Source: an uncultured Oscillospiraceae bacterium (GTDB taxonomy: Bacteria; Bacillota; Clostridia; Oscillospirales; Acutalibacteraceae). Taken from it: a stretch of DNA of 64,000 nt. This document shows positions 9,787 through 20,028 of this stretch, piece by piece. The notes beneath the pieces were generated by a model. That model worked only from the letters and a program-made list of their open reading frames with translations, was not told the origin of the DNA and did not search any database. Numbering within the stretch: position 1 is the stretch's first letter; every line of letters begins with the position of its first letter. Location of the stretch: positions 2,166 to 66,165 of the forward strand of contig CABUAS010000001.1 of the NCBI GenBank assembly GCA_902489595.1. The letters are read 5' to 3'. A program made the position numbers and the translations under genes.

Positions 9787-10569
9787 GTGATGGATAATGA
9801 AAAAGAAATAGACATTGACTTAGGGAAAATATTTTTTATGATGAAAAAAAGGATAATTTACATTATCCTTGCAACAATGATATGTGCGATTGTTTCAGGC
9901 TGTGTTACAGAGTTCTTTATCACGCCTAAATACACAACATCATGCTCTATGCTCGCATCTAACAAAGCAAGCATAAACGGTATAAATACACAAAATCCGA
10001 ATGATATTACTGCATCGCAGCAGCTTGTAAAAACCTACATTTTTGTACTTACAAGTGATTCTGTGCTGGAAGAAGTAATTAAAGCGCTTGACCTTGATAT
10101 AACCACAAATCAGCTGAAAGGTATGATTACCTGCTCACAGCACGAGGAAACGCAGGGTTTCCGTGTTTATGTAACGAGCAACGACCCCGTTCTTTCGGCA
10201 AACATCTGCAACGCCATTGCCGATGTTGCACCCGACCATGTTGTTGACAAAATCAAAACAGGTACAATTTCAATAATCGACTATGCAAAAGTACCGTCTG
10301 CACCGTCGTCACCAAACCTTAAAAAGAATATTGTCATCGGCGCTGCAATCGGATTTCTTGTATCATTCATAGGTTTCTTCGGCTATGAACTGTTTGACAC
10401 AACAATTACAAGTGAAAAAGATATTGAACGCGAATTTGATATTCCGCTGCTCGGCTCAATACCGAAACTTATTCCTGCCATGGAAAAAGAAACAGCGGCA
10501 AATGCCTTGGAAGATAAAACGGCAAAAACCAAAAAGCAAAAAAGATTTTCAAAGAAAGGAGATAAATAA
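9787..10569 (+). CDS. Wzz/CpsC-type chain-length determinant (tyrosine kinase modulator)
   Basis: Two-TM topology with a periplasmic-type loop. First gene of the locus, directly upstream of the BY-kinase. GTG/ATG start with RBS AGGAGG. Confidence 0.85.
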   Translation: MMDNEKEIDIDLGKIFFMMKKRIIYIILATMICAIVSGCVTEFFITPKYTTSCSMLASNKASINGINTQNPNDITASQQLVKTYIFVLTSDSVLEEVIKALDLDITTNQLKGMITCSQHEETQGFRVYVTSNDPVLSANICNAIADVAPDHVVDKIKTGTISIIDYAKVPSAPSSPNLKKNIVIGAAIGFLVSFIGFFGYELFDTTITSEKDIEREFDIPLLGSIPKLIPAMEKETAANALEDKTAKTKKQKRFSKKGDK

Positions 10570-10571
10570 TT

Positions 10572-11357
10572 ATGGCACTCTTCAACAGAAAGAAAAAGTC
10601 GGAACTTAACACAGGCACGGTCTTTTCAAGAGAAGACCCTAAAAAGATGCTCTGCGCAGAATCTCCTTTCGTTGTAAAGGAAGCATATTCCTCTATCAGA
10701 ACAAATCTTATGTTCACCCAGCAGGGCGAAGCGTGCCCCATTTTCGTTGTAACAAGCCCCACGGCAAACAACGGTAAAACAATCAACAGTATCAACCTTG
10801 CAATTTCATTTGCACAGATGGGCAAAAGAACCCTGCTGATTGACGCTGATATGAGAAACCCCACTATTCACAGAATGTTTTCCATTCCGGTTAAAAACGG
10901 CCTTTCCGAAATTCTTGCAGGACTTACCGACAATATTACCGTTTCAAAAACAGAAATCGAAAATCTTTCCATTTTAACATCAGGCAAAATTCCGCCGAAC
11001 CCCACGGAACTTCTTGCCTCTCCGAGAATGGATAAATTACTGAGTTTCGTTAAAGAACATTACGACTGCGTATTTATTGACACTCCGCCCGTAAACCTTG
11101 TTACAGACGCTACGGTTTTTGCACAGAAATCAACAGGCTATGTGCTGATTGTAAAAGCAAATATCAGCGACACTACCGACATTAAAACCGCACTTTCAAA
11201 CATCAAGGGTATTGACGGCAATGTACTCGGCATTATTCTTAACGATATTTCGTCAAGCAGACACAAGTATTATTCATATTACAGAAAATATGATTACAAG
11301 TATAAATACAGTTACGGATACGGCTATGGCTACGGATACGGCCACAGAGCAAAATAA
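10572..11357 (+). CDS. CpsD/YveL-type bacterial tyrosine kinase (BY-kinase)
   Basis: Walker A TSPTANNGKT, Walker A' LLIDADMR, Walker B VFIDTPP. C-terminal tyrosine cluster YYSYYRKYDYKYKYSYGYGYGYGYGH. Confidence 0.9.
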   Translation: MALFNRKKKSELNTGTVFSREDPKKMLCAESPFVVKEAYSSIRTNLMFTQQGEACPIFVVTSPTANNGKTINSINLAISFAQMGKRTLLIDADMRNPTIHRMFSIPVKNGLSEILAGLTDNITVSKTEIENLSILTSGKIPPNPTELLASPRMDKLLSFVKEHYDCVFIDTPPVNLVTDATVFAQKSTGYVLIVKANISDTTDIKTALSNIKGIDGNVLGIILNDISSSRHKYYSYYRKYDYKYKYSYGYGYGYGYGHRAK

Positions 11358-11395
11358 CGGATTAAAATTTTCACTCTCACAGCGCAGGTGATTTT

Positions 11396-12904
11396 ATGAA
11401 CAAACGCAGCAGAATTCAGTTTGTGTTTGAATATATAACAGATATGTGTGCACTTTTTTTTGCAGGCATATCATCATATGAAATAAGCCTTTCAATCGGC
11501 AAAATGCCTGATGTAACGGCAGATGATAAACTCGCATATTTATTTCTTTCGTGGATTTCGTTCACGGTTATATACCTTGGCTTTGCCTCGTCAATGAATC
11601 TTACAAAAAGAGGCAGAGCAATGGAAACACTGTATGTTTTAAGAAATACTCTGCTTACATTTATGTCTATAGCGGTTTTACTGCTGCTTACAAAAAACAC
11701 TTTGATTCAGTCAAGATATTTCTTTATTATATCAACAGTGCTGTACTTCCTGCTTTCATCGGCCGGCAGATATGTTTTAAAACGAATTCTTATCTACAAA
11801 TTTGCAAGTTCAAAAATAGCAACGCTTACGGGCGTTATCACAATCAGCGAACGGGCAGAAGAATTTTTACAGAGTTTTGAAAACAGCTGGGATAAAAAAA
11901 TTGTCGGCATCGCAATTCTTGACGCTGTTGAAGAAAACGGTGTTTTTAAATACTATCGGCCCGAGAAGGAAATCAGCGAAAACGGAAATGTGATTGTAAA
12001 ATATTCTGAAAAACTTGAAACCGTCAGGGAAATTGCAGGCGTGCCCGTTGTTGCAAACAAAGACAATTTTATCAAATGGATAAGAAGTTCATCGCTTGAC
12101 GAAATTTTTATAAACGCCCCTGCTGAAACTTTTTCAAGGTTTGAAGGCTTTATTGAAGAAATCGAAAGTATGGGAATAACGGTTCACATCAACATTCCCG
12201 TTATTGAAAAAATTGTTGACGCAAGTGACTTTGACAATCTGAAATGCGAAATGTTTGCAGGCAAAGCAATGGCAACATTTACGGCAAAAGAAATGAGCTT
12301 TGCAGCAATTATTTTCAAAAGAATTTTTGATGTTATCATTTCATTTTTTGGCTGTCTTATTTCTCTGCCGATTATCCTTATCACGGCAATTCCGCTTCTT
12401 ATTGAATCAAAAGGGCCGCTTATTTTCAAACAGCCCCGTGTTGGTAAAAACGGCAGAATCTTTTACATATACAAACTGCGTTCAATGTATGCAGACGCTG
12501 AAGAACGCAAAAAAGAACTGATAGATAAAAACGAAATGGACGGTCTTATGTTCAAAATGAGCGAAGACCCGAGAATTACAAAAGTAGGCAAATTCATCAG
12601 AAAAACAAGTATTGACGAACTGCCGCAGTTTTTCAATGTGCTTAAAGGCGATATGAGCCTTATAGGCACAAGGCCGCCGACAGTTGACGAATTTGAGCAG
12701 TATCAGAGCCACCACAAACGCCGGCTTTCAATCAAACCCGGAATTACGGGAATGTGGCAGGTAAGCGGCAGATCTGACATTCAGGATTTTGAAGAAATCG
12801 TAAAACTTGACTGCGAATATATTGACAACTGGTCGCCTGTGCTTGATATAAAAATACTTTTCAAAACAGTTAAAGTTGTTTTTAAGGGCAGCGGCGCAAA
12901 ATAA
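11396..12904 (+). CDS. polyprenyl-phosphate glycosyl-1-phosphate transferase (WbaP/EpsB-type priming transferase)
   Basis: N-terminal TM bundle. C-terminal bacterial sugar transferase domain (PQFFNVLKGDMSLIGTRPP, GITGMWQVSGRS). Confidence 0.9.
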   Translation: MNKRSRIQFVFEYITDMCALFFAGISSYEISLSIGKMPDVTADDKLAYLFLSWISFTVIYLGFASSMNLTKRGRAMETLYVLRNTLLTFMSIAVLLLLTKNTLIQSRYFFIISTVLYFLLSSAGRYVLKRILIYKFASSKIATLTGVITISERAEEFLQSFENSWDKKIVGIAILDAVEENGVFKYYRPEKEISENGNVIVKYSEKLETVREIAGVPVVANKDNFIKWIRSSSLDEIFINAPAETFSRFEGFIEEIESMGITVHINIPVIEKIVDASDFDNLKCEMFAGKAMATFTAKEMSFAAIIFKRIFDVIISFFGCLISLPIILITAIPLLIESKGPLIFKQPRVGKNGRIFYIYKLRSMYADAEERKKELIDKNEMDGLMFKMSEDPRITKVGKFIRKTSIDELPQFFNVLKGDMSLIGTRPPTVDEFEQYQSHHKRRLSIKPGITGMWQVSGRSDIQDFEEIVKLDCEYIDNWSPVLDIKILFKTVKVVFKGSGAK

Positions 12905-12943
12905 TTCAAAAATGCAAAAAATTTAAAAATAAGGCAAAAAAAT

Positions 12944-14059
12944 ATGAAAATTGCAATGATTGGGCATAAAAGAATACCGTCACGCGAAGGCGGAATAGAA
13001 ATTGTTGTAACCGAACTTGCATCAAGAATGGCCGCGCTCGGCAACAGCGTTACCGCCTACAACAGGTCGGGTTCTCATGTTTCGGGCAGTCAGTTTTCGA
13101 CGGCAGAAAAATTAAAAGAATATAACGGCGTAAAAATCATTACAGTACCGACGCCGAAAAGCAGCAAATTAAACGCAATCGTTTACAGTGCACTGGCATC
13201 GGTCAGAGCGTCGTTTTCAAGATACGATGTTGTCCATTTTCACGCCGAAGGTCCTGCCGCAATGTGCTTTTTGCCGAAACTGCTTGGCAAAAAAATTGTT
13301 GTTACAATCCACGGGCTTGACTGGCAGCGTTCCAAATGGGGCGGCTTTGCCACGAAATTCCTTTTGTTCGGTGAAAAAACAGCAGTAAAATATGCCGATG
13401 AAATTATTGTGCTTTCAAAATCGGCTCAAAATTATTTTCTTGAAAAATACGGCAGAGAAACAGTATTTATTCCAAACGGAATTACAAAGCCGAAAAAACT
13501 TGACGCAAATATAATTACCGAAAAGTTTTCACTTAAAAAAAATAATTATCTTCTCTATCTCGGCAGAATAGTGCCTGAAAAAGGCATTCACTATCTTATT
13601 GAGGCATACAAAAAAACTGATATAAAAATGCCGCTCGTTATTGCAGGCGGCTCAAGCCATACGGAAGAATATTTTGCTCAGCTTAAAGACTCAGCAAAAG
13701 GCAAAAACATTATCTTCACCGATTTTGCAGACGGCGATTTGCTGACGGAACTTTACTCAAACGCATATATTTACATTCTTCCGAGCGACCTTGAAGGTAT
13801 GCCGCTCAGCCTGCTTGAGGCTATGAGTTTCGGCAACTGCTGTCTTACTTCGGATATTGCAGAATGTACCGAAGTATGCGAAGAAAACGCAGTTTATTTC
13901 AAAAAAAGCGATATTGACGATTTAACCGAAAAATTAAATTATCTTATAAACAATCCAAACGAAGTTCAGAAATACAGGAACATATCGTCGGATTACATAA
14001 CAGCAAAATACAACTGGAACAAAATCACCGAAAAGACCTTGAATTTATATGAAAAATGA
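12944..14059 (+). CDS. glycosyltransferase, GT4 family (DUF1972/WchF-like N-terminus)
   Basis: GT-B fold with EGMPLSLLEAMSFG motif. N-terminus IGHKRIPSREGGIEIVVTEL resembles the rhamnosyltransferase-type DUF1972 (from memory). Confidence 0.8.
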   Translation: MKIAMIGHKRIPSREGGIEIVVTELASRMAALGNSVTAYNRSGSHVSGSQFSTAEKLKEYNGVKIITVPTPKSSKLNAIVYSALASVRASFSRYDVVHFHAEGPAAMCFLPKLLGKKIVVTIHGLDWQRSKWGGFATKFLLFGEKTAVKYADEIIVLSKSAQNYFLEKYGRETVFIPNGITKPKKLDANIITEKFSLKKNNYLLYLGRIVPEKGIHYLIEAYKKTDIKMPLVIAGGSSHTEEYFAQLKDSAKGKNIIFTDFADGDLLTELYSNAYIYILPSDLEGMPLSLLEAMSFGNCCLTSDIAECTEVCEENAVYFKKSDIDDLTEKLNYLINNPNEVQKYRNISSDYITAKYNWNKITEKTLNLYEK

Positions 14060-15101
14060 AACCGTTAAAAACAGAATAGTATGGGTAGACAATGTTAAAA
14101 ATATCGCCTTTATTTTAGTGGCTCTCGGGCATATGTTTCAGGGGCTTATAAAAGCAGGCGTTATGCAGATAAGCGACGGCTTTATATTTTTTAACACATT
14201 TATCTACAATTTTCACATTCTCTTATTTTTTATATGCAGCGGTTATCTTTATCAGAAAACGGCAGTTGTAAACAACTTAAAAAGTTACGGAAATAATGTG
14301 CTGAAAAAAGCGCTGTCACTCGGAATTCCGTATTTTGTTTTTTCAATAATATCCTATTTTCTGAAAGTCATTTTTTCTGACAGTGTAAATTCACAGGCAG
14401 GCGGATTTTTTGAAACACTGTTTGCAAATCCTATGCCGCCGTACTGGTTTTTATACACATTATTTATTATTTTCCTTATCATTCCGACTGCAAAAAGCAA
14501 AAAATCTGCCGCCGTAATGCTTGGAGTCAGTACCGCTGTTTTTATTGCGGTTACTTCAACGATTGATTTTGCACCTCAGTCAGAATTTTATGTGCAGTTT
14601 GTTTATAAAACTGCGCTTTACCTTGTATGGTTTGTGCTCGGAATTCTGCTTGCAGAAGTTAAACTTGAAAAAATCTTTTCTCCTTTCTGGATAATATCGC
14701 TTATTATTGCAGGCATTGCCACTTATTTCAGCATAGGCGCAAAAATGCAGGAGGAATATTTTGTAAAATACCCTATTGGCGTTCTTGCCTGCTTCGGCGT
14801 TATCGGCACAGTCGGCTGGCTGTTCAGAAAAAATATACAGCCACGTTTTCTGGAGTTCCTTTCAAAATACTCCATGTCGGTATTTCTTATGCACACAATT
14901 TTCTCGGCAGGTCTGCGTGCCGTACTTTTAAAATTAAACGTCACAAATTCGGCGCTGCACATAATTGCAGGCGTCATAGCATCATTTGTACTGCCTGTTA
15001 TTGCACAGATTATTATGGAAAAACTGCATCTTGATTTTGTAATTTATCCTTTAAAATACATAAAACTCGGCAAAAAAACACAGAAGAAGGAAAACAAATG
15101 A
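14049..15101 (+). CDS. acyltransferase family 3 (O-acyltransferase), copy 1
   Basis: Ten-TM-type hydrophobic protein with an AT3 N-terminal signature (WVDNVKNIAFILVALGH). Confidence 0.8.
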   Translation: MKNETVKNRIVWVDNVKNIAFILVALGHMFQGLIKAGVMQISDGFIFFNTFIYNFHILLFFICSGYLYQKTAVVNNLKSYGNNVLKKALSLGIPYFVFSIISYFLKVIFSDSVNSQAGGFFETLFANPMPPYWFLYTLFIIFLIIPTAKSKKSAAVMLGVSTAVFIAVTSTIDFAPQSEFYVQFVYKTALYLVWFVLGILLAEVKLEKIFSPFWIISLIIAGIATYFSIGAKMQEEYFVKYPIGVLACFGVIGTVGWLFRKNIQPRFLEFLSKYSMSVFLMHTIFSAGLRAVLLKLNVTNSALHIIAGVIASFVLPVIAQIIMEKLHLDFVIYPLKYIKLGKKTQKKENK

Positions 15102-16285
15102 AAATTCTTATGGTAAACAAGTTTCTGTATCCAAACGGAGGGTCTGAAACATATATATTCCGCCTTGGTGAAGAACTCATAAAAAGAGGCCACGAAGTAC
15201 AGTATTTCGGTATGGAGCACGAAGGCAGATGCGTCGGCAATCACGCCGAACAATACACACAGGATATGGATTTTCACACGGCGTCAACGCTCAAAAAGCT
15301 TTCCTACCCGCTTAAAACGATATATTCTGCCGATGCAAAAAAGAAAATGGCTGTGGTTTTAAACGATTTTCAGCCGGATATTGTTCACCTTAATAATTTC
15401 AACTACCAACTTACGCCGAGCATTATCACGGCTGTTCGTGAATATGAAAAAAAAATCGGCAAAAAGATAAAAATTGTTTATACAGCACACGATTATCAGT
15501 TAATCTGCCCTAATCATATGCTTTATAATAACGGCAAAATCTGTGAAACCTGCCTTGGCGGCAGGTTCATAAACTGCACAAAAGGCAGATGTATTCACTC
15601 ATCACTTGCAAAAAGCATTATCGGCACGGCAGAAGGTTATTTCTGGAAAATGAAAAACGTTTACAAAAACATTGACCTTATCATCTGCCCAAGCGCCTTT
15701 ATGAAGAAAAAACTTGACACCAACCCGATTTTTGCAGATAAAACAGTTGCACTTCACAATTTTATTCAGCCTGAAAAAACGGCCGAAGTGCCGAAAAAAG
15801 ACGGTTATGTGCTTTATTTCGGCAGATTTGACGAGGAAAAAGGTGTAAAATTATTTGAAAAACTGAGCGGTATTAAACTTGTCTGCGCAGGTTCGGGAAA
15901 TCTTGAAGAATACATAAACGCCCTGCCAAACACCGAAAATGTCGGTTTCAAATCAGGCGAAGAACTTAAAAATCTTATAAAAAATGCAGTCTGCTCCGTT
16001 TACCCAAGCGTGTGGTACGAAAACTGCCCGTTTTCAGTTATGGAAAGCATTATGCTCGGCACACCTGTTGTGGGTGCAAACATCGGCGGTATTCCCGAAT
16101 TGATTGACAACGGCAAAACCGGACTGCTGTTTGAGCCGAACAACGCAGAAGATTTTGAAAGCAAAATCAAAACAATTCTCAATAATCCTGCTTTAACAGA
16201 AGAAATGAACAAAAACTGCCTTAATAAACAGTTTGACACTGTTTTTGACTACACGGAAAAACTGCTGAATCTTTACCGAATATAA
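15098..16285 (+). CDS. glycosyltransferase, GT4 family
   Basis: GT-B fold, ENCPFSVMESIMLGTPVV motif (E-x7-E type). Confidence 0.85.
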   Translation: MKILMVNKFLYPNGGSETYIFRLGEELIKRGHEVQYFGMEHEGRCVGNHAEQYTQDMDFHTASTLKKLSYPLKTIYSADAKKKMAVVLNDFQPDIVHLNNFNYQLTPSIITAVREYEKKIGKKIKIVYTAHDYQLICPNHMLYNNGKICETCLGGRFINCTKGRCIHSSLAKSIIGTAEGYFWKMKNVYKNIDLIICPSAFMKKKLDTNPIFADKTVALHNFIQPEKTAEVPKKDGYVLYFGRFDEEKGVKLFEKLSGIKLVCAGSGNLEEYINALPNTENVGFKSGEELKNLIKNAVCSVYPSVWYENCPFSVMESIMLGTPVVGANIGGIPELIDNGKTGLLFEPNNAEDFESKIKTILNNPALTEEMNKNCLNKQFDTVFDYTEKLLNLYRI

Positions 16286-16295
16286 CGGAGAAAAA

Positions 16296-17288
16296 ATGGA
16301 ACATAAAAAAATATACTACCGCGAAATCAATATAGCAAGAGGCTTTGCTTTATTATTCGTAGTTTTTGGGCACTCCTTTCCCGATGCTGCCGCACCGTTC
16401 AATATGGTTTACCACATCTGCTACAGTTTTCATATGGGATTGTTTTTCATCCTTTCGGGCTTTGTTGCCGCAAATAAATTCATCAGCCGTGACTATAAAA
16501 TTTCAACCGAAATAAAGAAGAAATCAATCAGACTGATGATACCCTATTTTGTTTTTTCAGTCATAACGCTTGTTTTGAAAGTTTTTACCGAAAAATTTGC
16601 AAACAACCCATTTTCACTTAAAGACAGCTGGAAAATTTTTATAGGTGTAAACCCGAACGGCGGTCTGTGGTTTTTATGGGCTCTGTTCGTCATTTCGGTA
16701 ATATTTATTCTCCTCGGCAAACTGAAACACAATCTTGTTTACTTTACCGTTTTCGCAATTACTGTATATGCAATAAAACCGATTATCCCTCCGGATTTTA
16801 CCTCTGTTTTTAAATATACAATTTTCTACACAATCGGCATATTCATATGCAAATATTATGATGCATTTAAAAAATATATTTTAAATCCCTACTGTGCCGG
16901 TGCAATGCTTATTTTATTCTGTGCACTGCATATATTCAAAATCAAAACAGACTATATAATAACATGCCTTTCGGCAAGCATTTTTATACTGACACTGTCG
17001 CTTTACATAGTAAAATTCAAAGAAAAAGCAAAATTCATTTACAAAATATTTGATGAACTCGGAACTTACAGTTACGATATTTACCTTTTAAGTTATTTCG
17101 TGCAGGTGCCTCTGAGGGTGGTATTCAAATCAATATTCCCTATTCCCGAATTACTTCTGTATTTTCTTATGTTCATACTCGGAACGATTGTTCCTTACAT
17201 CGCAAGCAAATTCATACTACGAAAAGTCCCGATTTTCAATCTGCTTCTTTTCGGAAATAAAAGAAAGGCAGCGAAATCAAATGGCTAA
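16296..17288 (+). CDS. acyltransferase family 3 (O-acyltransferase), copy 2
   Basis: Polytopic membrane protein with an AT3-like start (EINIARGFALLFVVFGHSF). Confidence 0.8.
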   Translation: MEHKKIYYREINIARGFALLFVVFGHSFPDAAAPFNMVYHICYSFHMGLFFILSGFVAANKFISRDYKISTEIKKKSIRLMIPYFVFSVITLVLKVFTEKFANNPFSLKDSWKIFIGVNPNGGLWFLWALFVISVIFILLGKLKHNLVYFTVFAITVYAIKPIIPPDFTSVFKYTIFYTIGIFICKYYDAFKKYILNPYCAGAMLILFCALHIFKIKTDYIITCLSASIFILTLSLYIVKFKEKAKFIYKIFDELGTYSYDIYLLSYFVQVPLRVVFKSIFPIPELLLYFLMFILGTIVPYIASKFILRKVPIFNLLLFGNKRKAAKSNG

Positions 17289-18453
17289 AAAATTAAACGG
17301 AACGGTTATTGTTACATACAGATGCAACGCAAGATGCAATATGTGCAACAGATACAAAAAGCCGTCAAACCCCGATGAGGAAATCAGCCTTGAAACAATC
17401 AGAAAACTGCCCCCGATGTACTTTACAAACATCACGGGAGGCGAGCCGTTTATAAGGCAGGATTTAAAAGATATTGTTCGTGAACTCTATAAAAAGAGCG
17501 ACAGAATTGTTATCTCCACCAACGGCTTTTTTACAGACAGAATCATTGATTTGTGCAAGGAATTTCCAAATGTCGGCATACGCATTTCAATCGAAGGCTT
17601 AGAAGAAACAAACAACAAAATCAGAGGGCTTGAAGACGGCTTTAACAGAGGTCTTACAACTCTTAAAAAACTCACACAAATGAAACACCCCGATGTAGGT
17701 TTCGGTATGACGGTGCAGGACGCCAACGCCAAGGATTTAGTGCCTCTTTACAAGCTTTCAGACGAGATGAATATGGAATTTGCCACTGCATCTCTTCACA
17801 ACTCTTTCTACTTTGTCGAGGCGAAAAACATTATCAAAGACCGACCTATGGTTGCACAGAATTTTGAAGACCTTATCAACGAGCTTCTTAAAAGCAACAG
17901 CCCCAAAAAGTGGTTTCGGGCATACTTCAATCACGGCTTAATCAACTATATTTACGGGCAGAAAAGACTGCTTCCCTGCGATATGGCGTTTGACACTTTC
18001 TTTATTGACCCTTACGGCGATGTTATGCCATGCAACGGCACAAAAGAAAAGCAGGTTATGGGCAATCTTAATGAACAAAGCTGGGATGAACTCTGGAACA
18101 GCGAACAGGCGGAAAAAGTGCGCAAAGTAGTCAGAAACTGCGACAGAAACTGCTGGATGATAGGTTCTGTTTCCCCCGCTATGCACAAATACATAATGAC
18201 TCCTGCTATGTGGGTTATCAAACACAAATTCCTAAGATTTTTCAAAGATAAAAAATACAGTATGTACGAACTGCCGATTGTCAGTGACTATGAAAACGGC
18301 AGAGTTACAAAAGAAGAACTTGACAAACTTTCAACCTGCGATATGAACGCCGTTGTAAACGACGGTCTGTCAGACACATCACGTGAGCAGCTGAAAAACA
18401 AAACCGGTGAAGAAATCGTAGACGCAGATATTTCTGCACAGATCGGCAAATAA
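17281..18453 (+). CDS. radical SAM / SPASM-domain enzyme
   Basis: Start moved to MAKKLNG (ATG 17281, overlapping the upstream stop). CNARCNMC (CxxxCxxC) cluster, GGEPF SAM motif. C-terminal Cys motifs CDMAFDTFFIDPYGDVMPCNG and NCDRNCW. Confidence 0.8.
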   Translation: MAKKLNGTVIVTYRCNARCNMCNRYKKPSNPDEEISLETIRKLPPMYFTNITGGEPFIRQDLKDIVRELYKKSDRIVISTNGFFTDRIIDLCKEFPNVGIRISIEGLEETNNKIRGLEDGFNRGLTTLKKLTQMKHPDVGFGMTVQDANAKDLVPLYKLSDEMNMEFATASLHNSFYFVEAKNIIKDRPMVAQNFEDLINELLKSNSPKKWFRAYFNHGLINYIYGQKRLLPCDMAFDTFFIDPYGDVMPCNGTKEKQVMGNLNEQSWDELWNSEQAEKVRKVVRNCDRNCWMIGSVSPAMHKYIMTPAMWVIKHKFLRFFKDKKYSMYELPIVSDYENGRVTKEELDKLSTCDMNAVVNDGLSDTSREQLKNKTGEEIVDADISAQIGK

Positions 18454-18471
18454 ATTTTTAAGAGTGGTTTA

Positions 18472-20028
18472 ATGAACATTGTAACAATACTGGCAAGCGG
18501 TGCCGGAGTTCGTTTTGGCAGTAATATACCAAAACAGTTTCACAAAATTAACGGCAAAATGGTAATTGAATATGTTGCCGAGGCAATATTGGAAGCAGAA
18601 AAGGTTGACAGAGTTTTAATTGTTACCAATGTTGAGCTCAACAAAAACTATCTGACATCTTTCTCGCATACAGAAAATATTGATATAATTAACGGCGGCA
18701 ACACCCGAAACTACTCTCTTTTTAATGCACTTAAATTTATCAATGATAATTACGGCTGCGAAAAACTTATAGTCTGCGACGCTGTGCGCCCTATGATTAC
18801 AAGCGAACTTATTGACAGCTACCTTTCTCTGCTTGACAGTAATGATGCAGTTGTTACCGCTCAAAAAATAACCGACTCGCTTGGCTGTTATGATATCTCG
18901 CCTATTCATAGAGACAGGTATTACCTTATGCAGTCGCCGGAGGGCTTTAACTTTCCTCTGCTTTACAGCCATTTTGACCCTGAAAGCAAACTTACTGAAG
19001 TTACTCAGCAATTACCGAAAAACAGTAAAATCTATCTTAATTTTAATTTTACAAACAATTTTAAACTAACTTACCCTGCTGATTTAAAATATCTTGAATC
19101 ACTCATAAATGCAGAAAATAATAATGTAAATTATAAAAAAATACTTGATAATGTTACAAGGCTTAACAGATATTTATATGAAAACTACCCAAGCGAAACA
19201 AAAACCTGGTCTGTAAGGCTTGAAGAAAATATCTCAAACTTACTGAAAAAATGGCAGATAACAGAATACAGTTTAATTAAAACATCGCATTTCGGTATTA
19301 TTTTCTTAGCATCAAGCATTAAATACGGAAACTGTGTTTTAAAAATCATACCGCCGTTTATAGGCAGATATGAATCCGAAAAAAGATGTTATCAAAAACT
19401 TTCTTCATCTTTTATGTGTGAACTTTATGACTTTGATGATTTCTGCTCGGCACTGTTAATGAAACAACTTGATGACCGTAAAATTCGGATTAACGGCAAA
19501 CTGCACGCATTTTTTGAAAATGTTATCAGTTCATACAGCGAGATTGATAAATCAGACACTGAGCACAGTAATTATAATGATTATGAAAAAATACTGTTCG
19601 GCAAGGCAAATCAAAATAATTTTACTTATAAAAAAGATAAAATTATGAATTATGTCAGCCGTGCGATTGAACTTTATAAAACAACTTTTTCAGACAAGCC
19701 CGAATATTTAATTCACGGCGATATGCACAGATATAATCTGATGTACTTTGAAAATAAAATTTTTGCCGTTGACCCAATAGGCTATATTGCACCTTATGAA
19801 TTTGACATTGCAAGATTTATTGCAACGGAATTTACTGAAAATGAAGCAGGAATATCAACAAATTTTGACAGTTTGATTGATTTTTTTTCAGATATTGCCG
19901 ATAAAGACAAACTGAAATCAGCTTTGTTTATTGACATTATTTTCAGACTGCACAACAGTATTTTTGAAAATGATTCATTTGACCTTACAGACAAATGGCT
20001 GAGAATACTGGAGAAAATTTATGGGTAG
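18472..20028 (+). CDS. fusion protein: IspD/TarI/LicC-like cytidylyltransferase + APH/choline-kinase-fold phosphotransferase
   Basis: N-terminus ILASGAGVRFGSNIPKQF (IspD-type NTP transferase). C-terminal half has the kinase-fold motif IHGDMHRYNLMY...AVDPIGY. Confidence 0.75.
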   Translation: MNIVTILASGAGVRFGSNIPKQFHKINGKMVIEYVAEAILEAEKVDRVLIVTNVELNKNYLTSFSHTENIDIINGGNTRNYSLFNALKFINDNYGCEKLIVCDAVRPMITSELIDSYLSLLDSNDAVVTAQKITDSLGCYDISPIHRDRYYLMQSPEGFNFPLLYSHFDPESKLTEVTQQLPKNSKIYLNFNFTNNFKLTYPADLKYLESLINAENNNVNYKKILDNVTRLNRYLYENYPSETKTWSVRLEENISNLLKKWQITEYSLIKTSHFGIIFLASSIKYGNCVLKIIPPFIGRYESEKRCYQKLSSSFMCELYDFDDFCSALLMKQLDDRKIRINGKLHAFFENVISSYSEIDKSDTEHSNYNDYEKILFGKANQNNFTYKKDKIMNYVSRAIELYKTTFSDKPEYLIHGDMHRYNLMYFENKIFAVDPIGYIAPYEFDIARFIATEFTENEAGISTNFDSLIDFFSDIADKDKLKSALFIDIIFRLHNSIFENDSFDLTDKWLRILEKIYG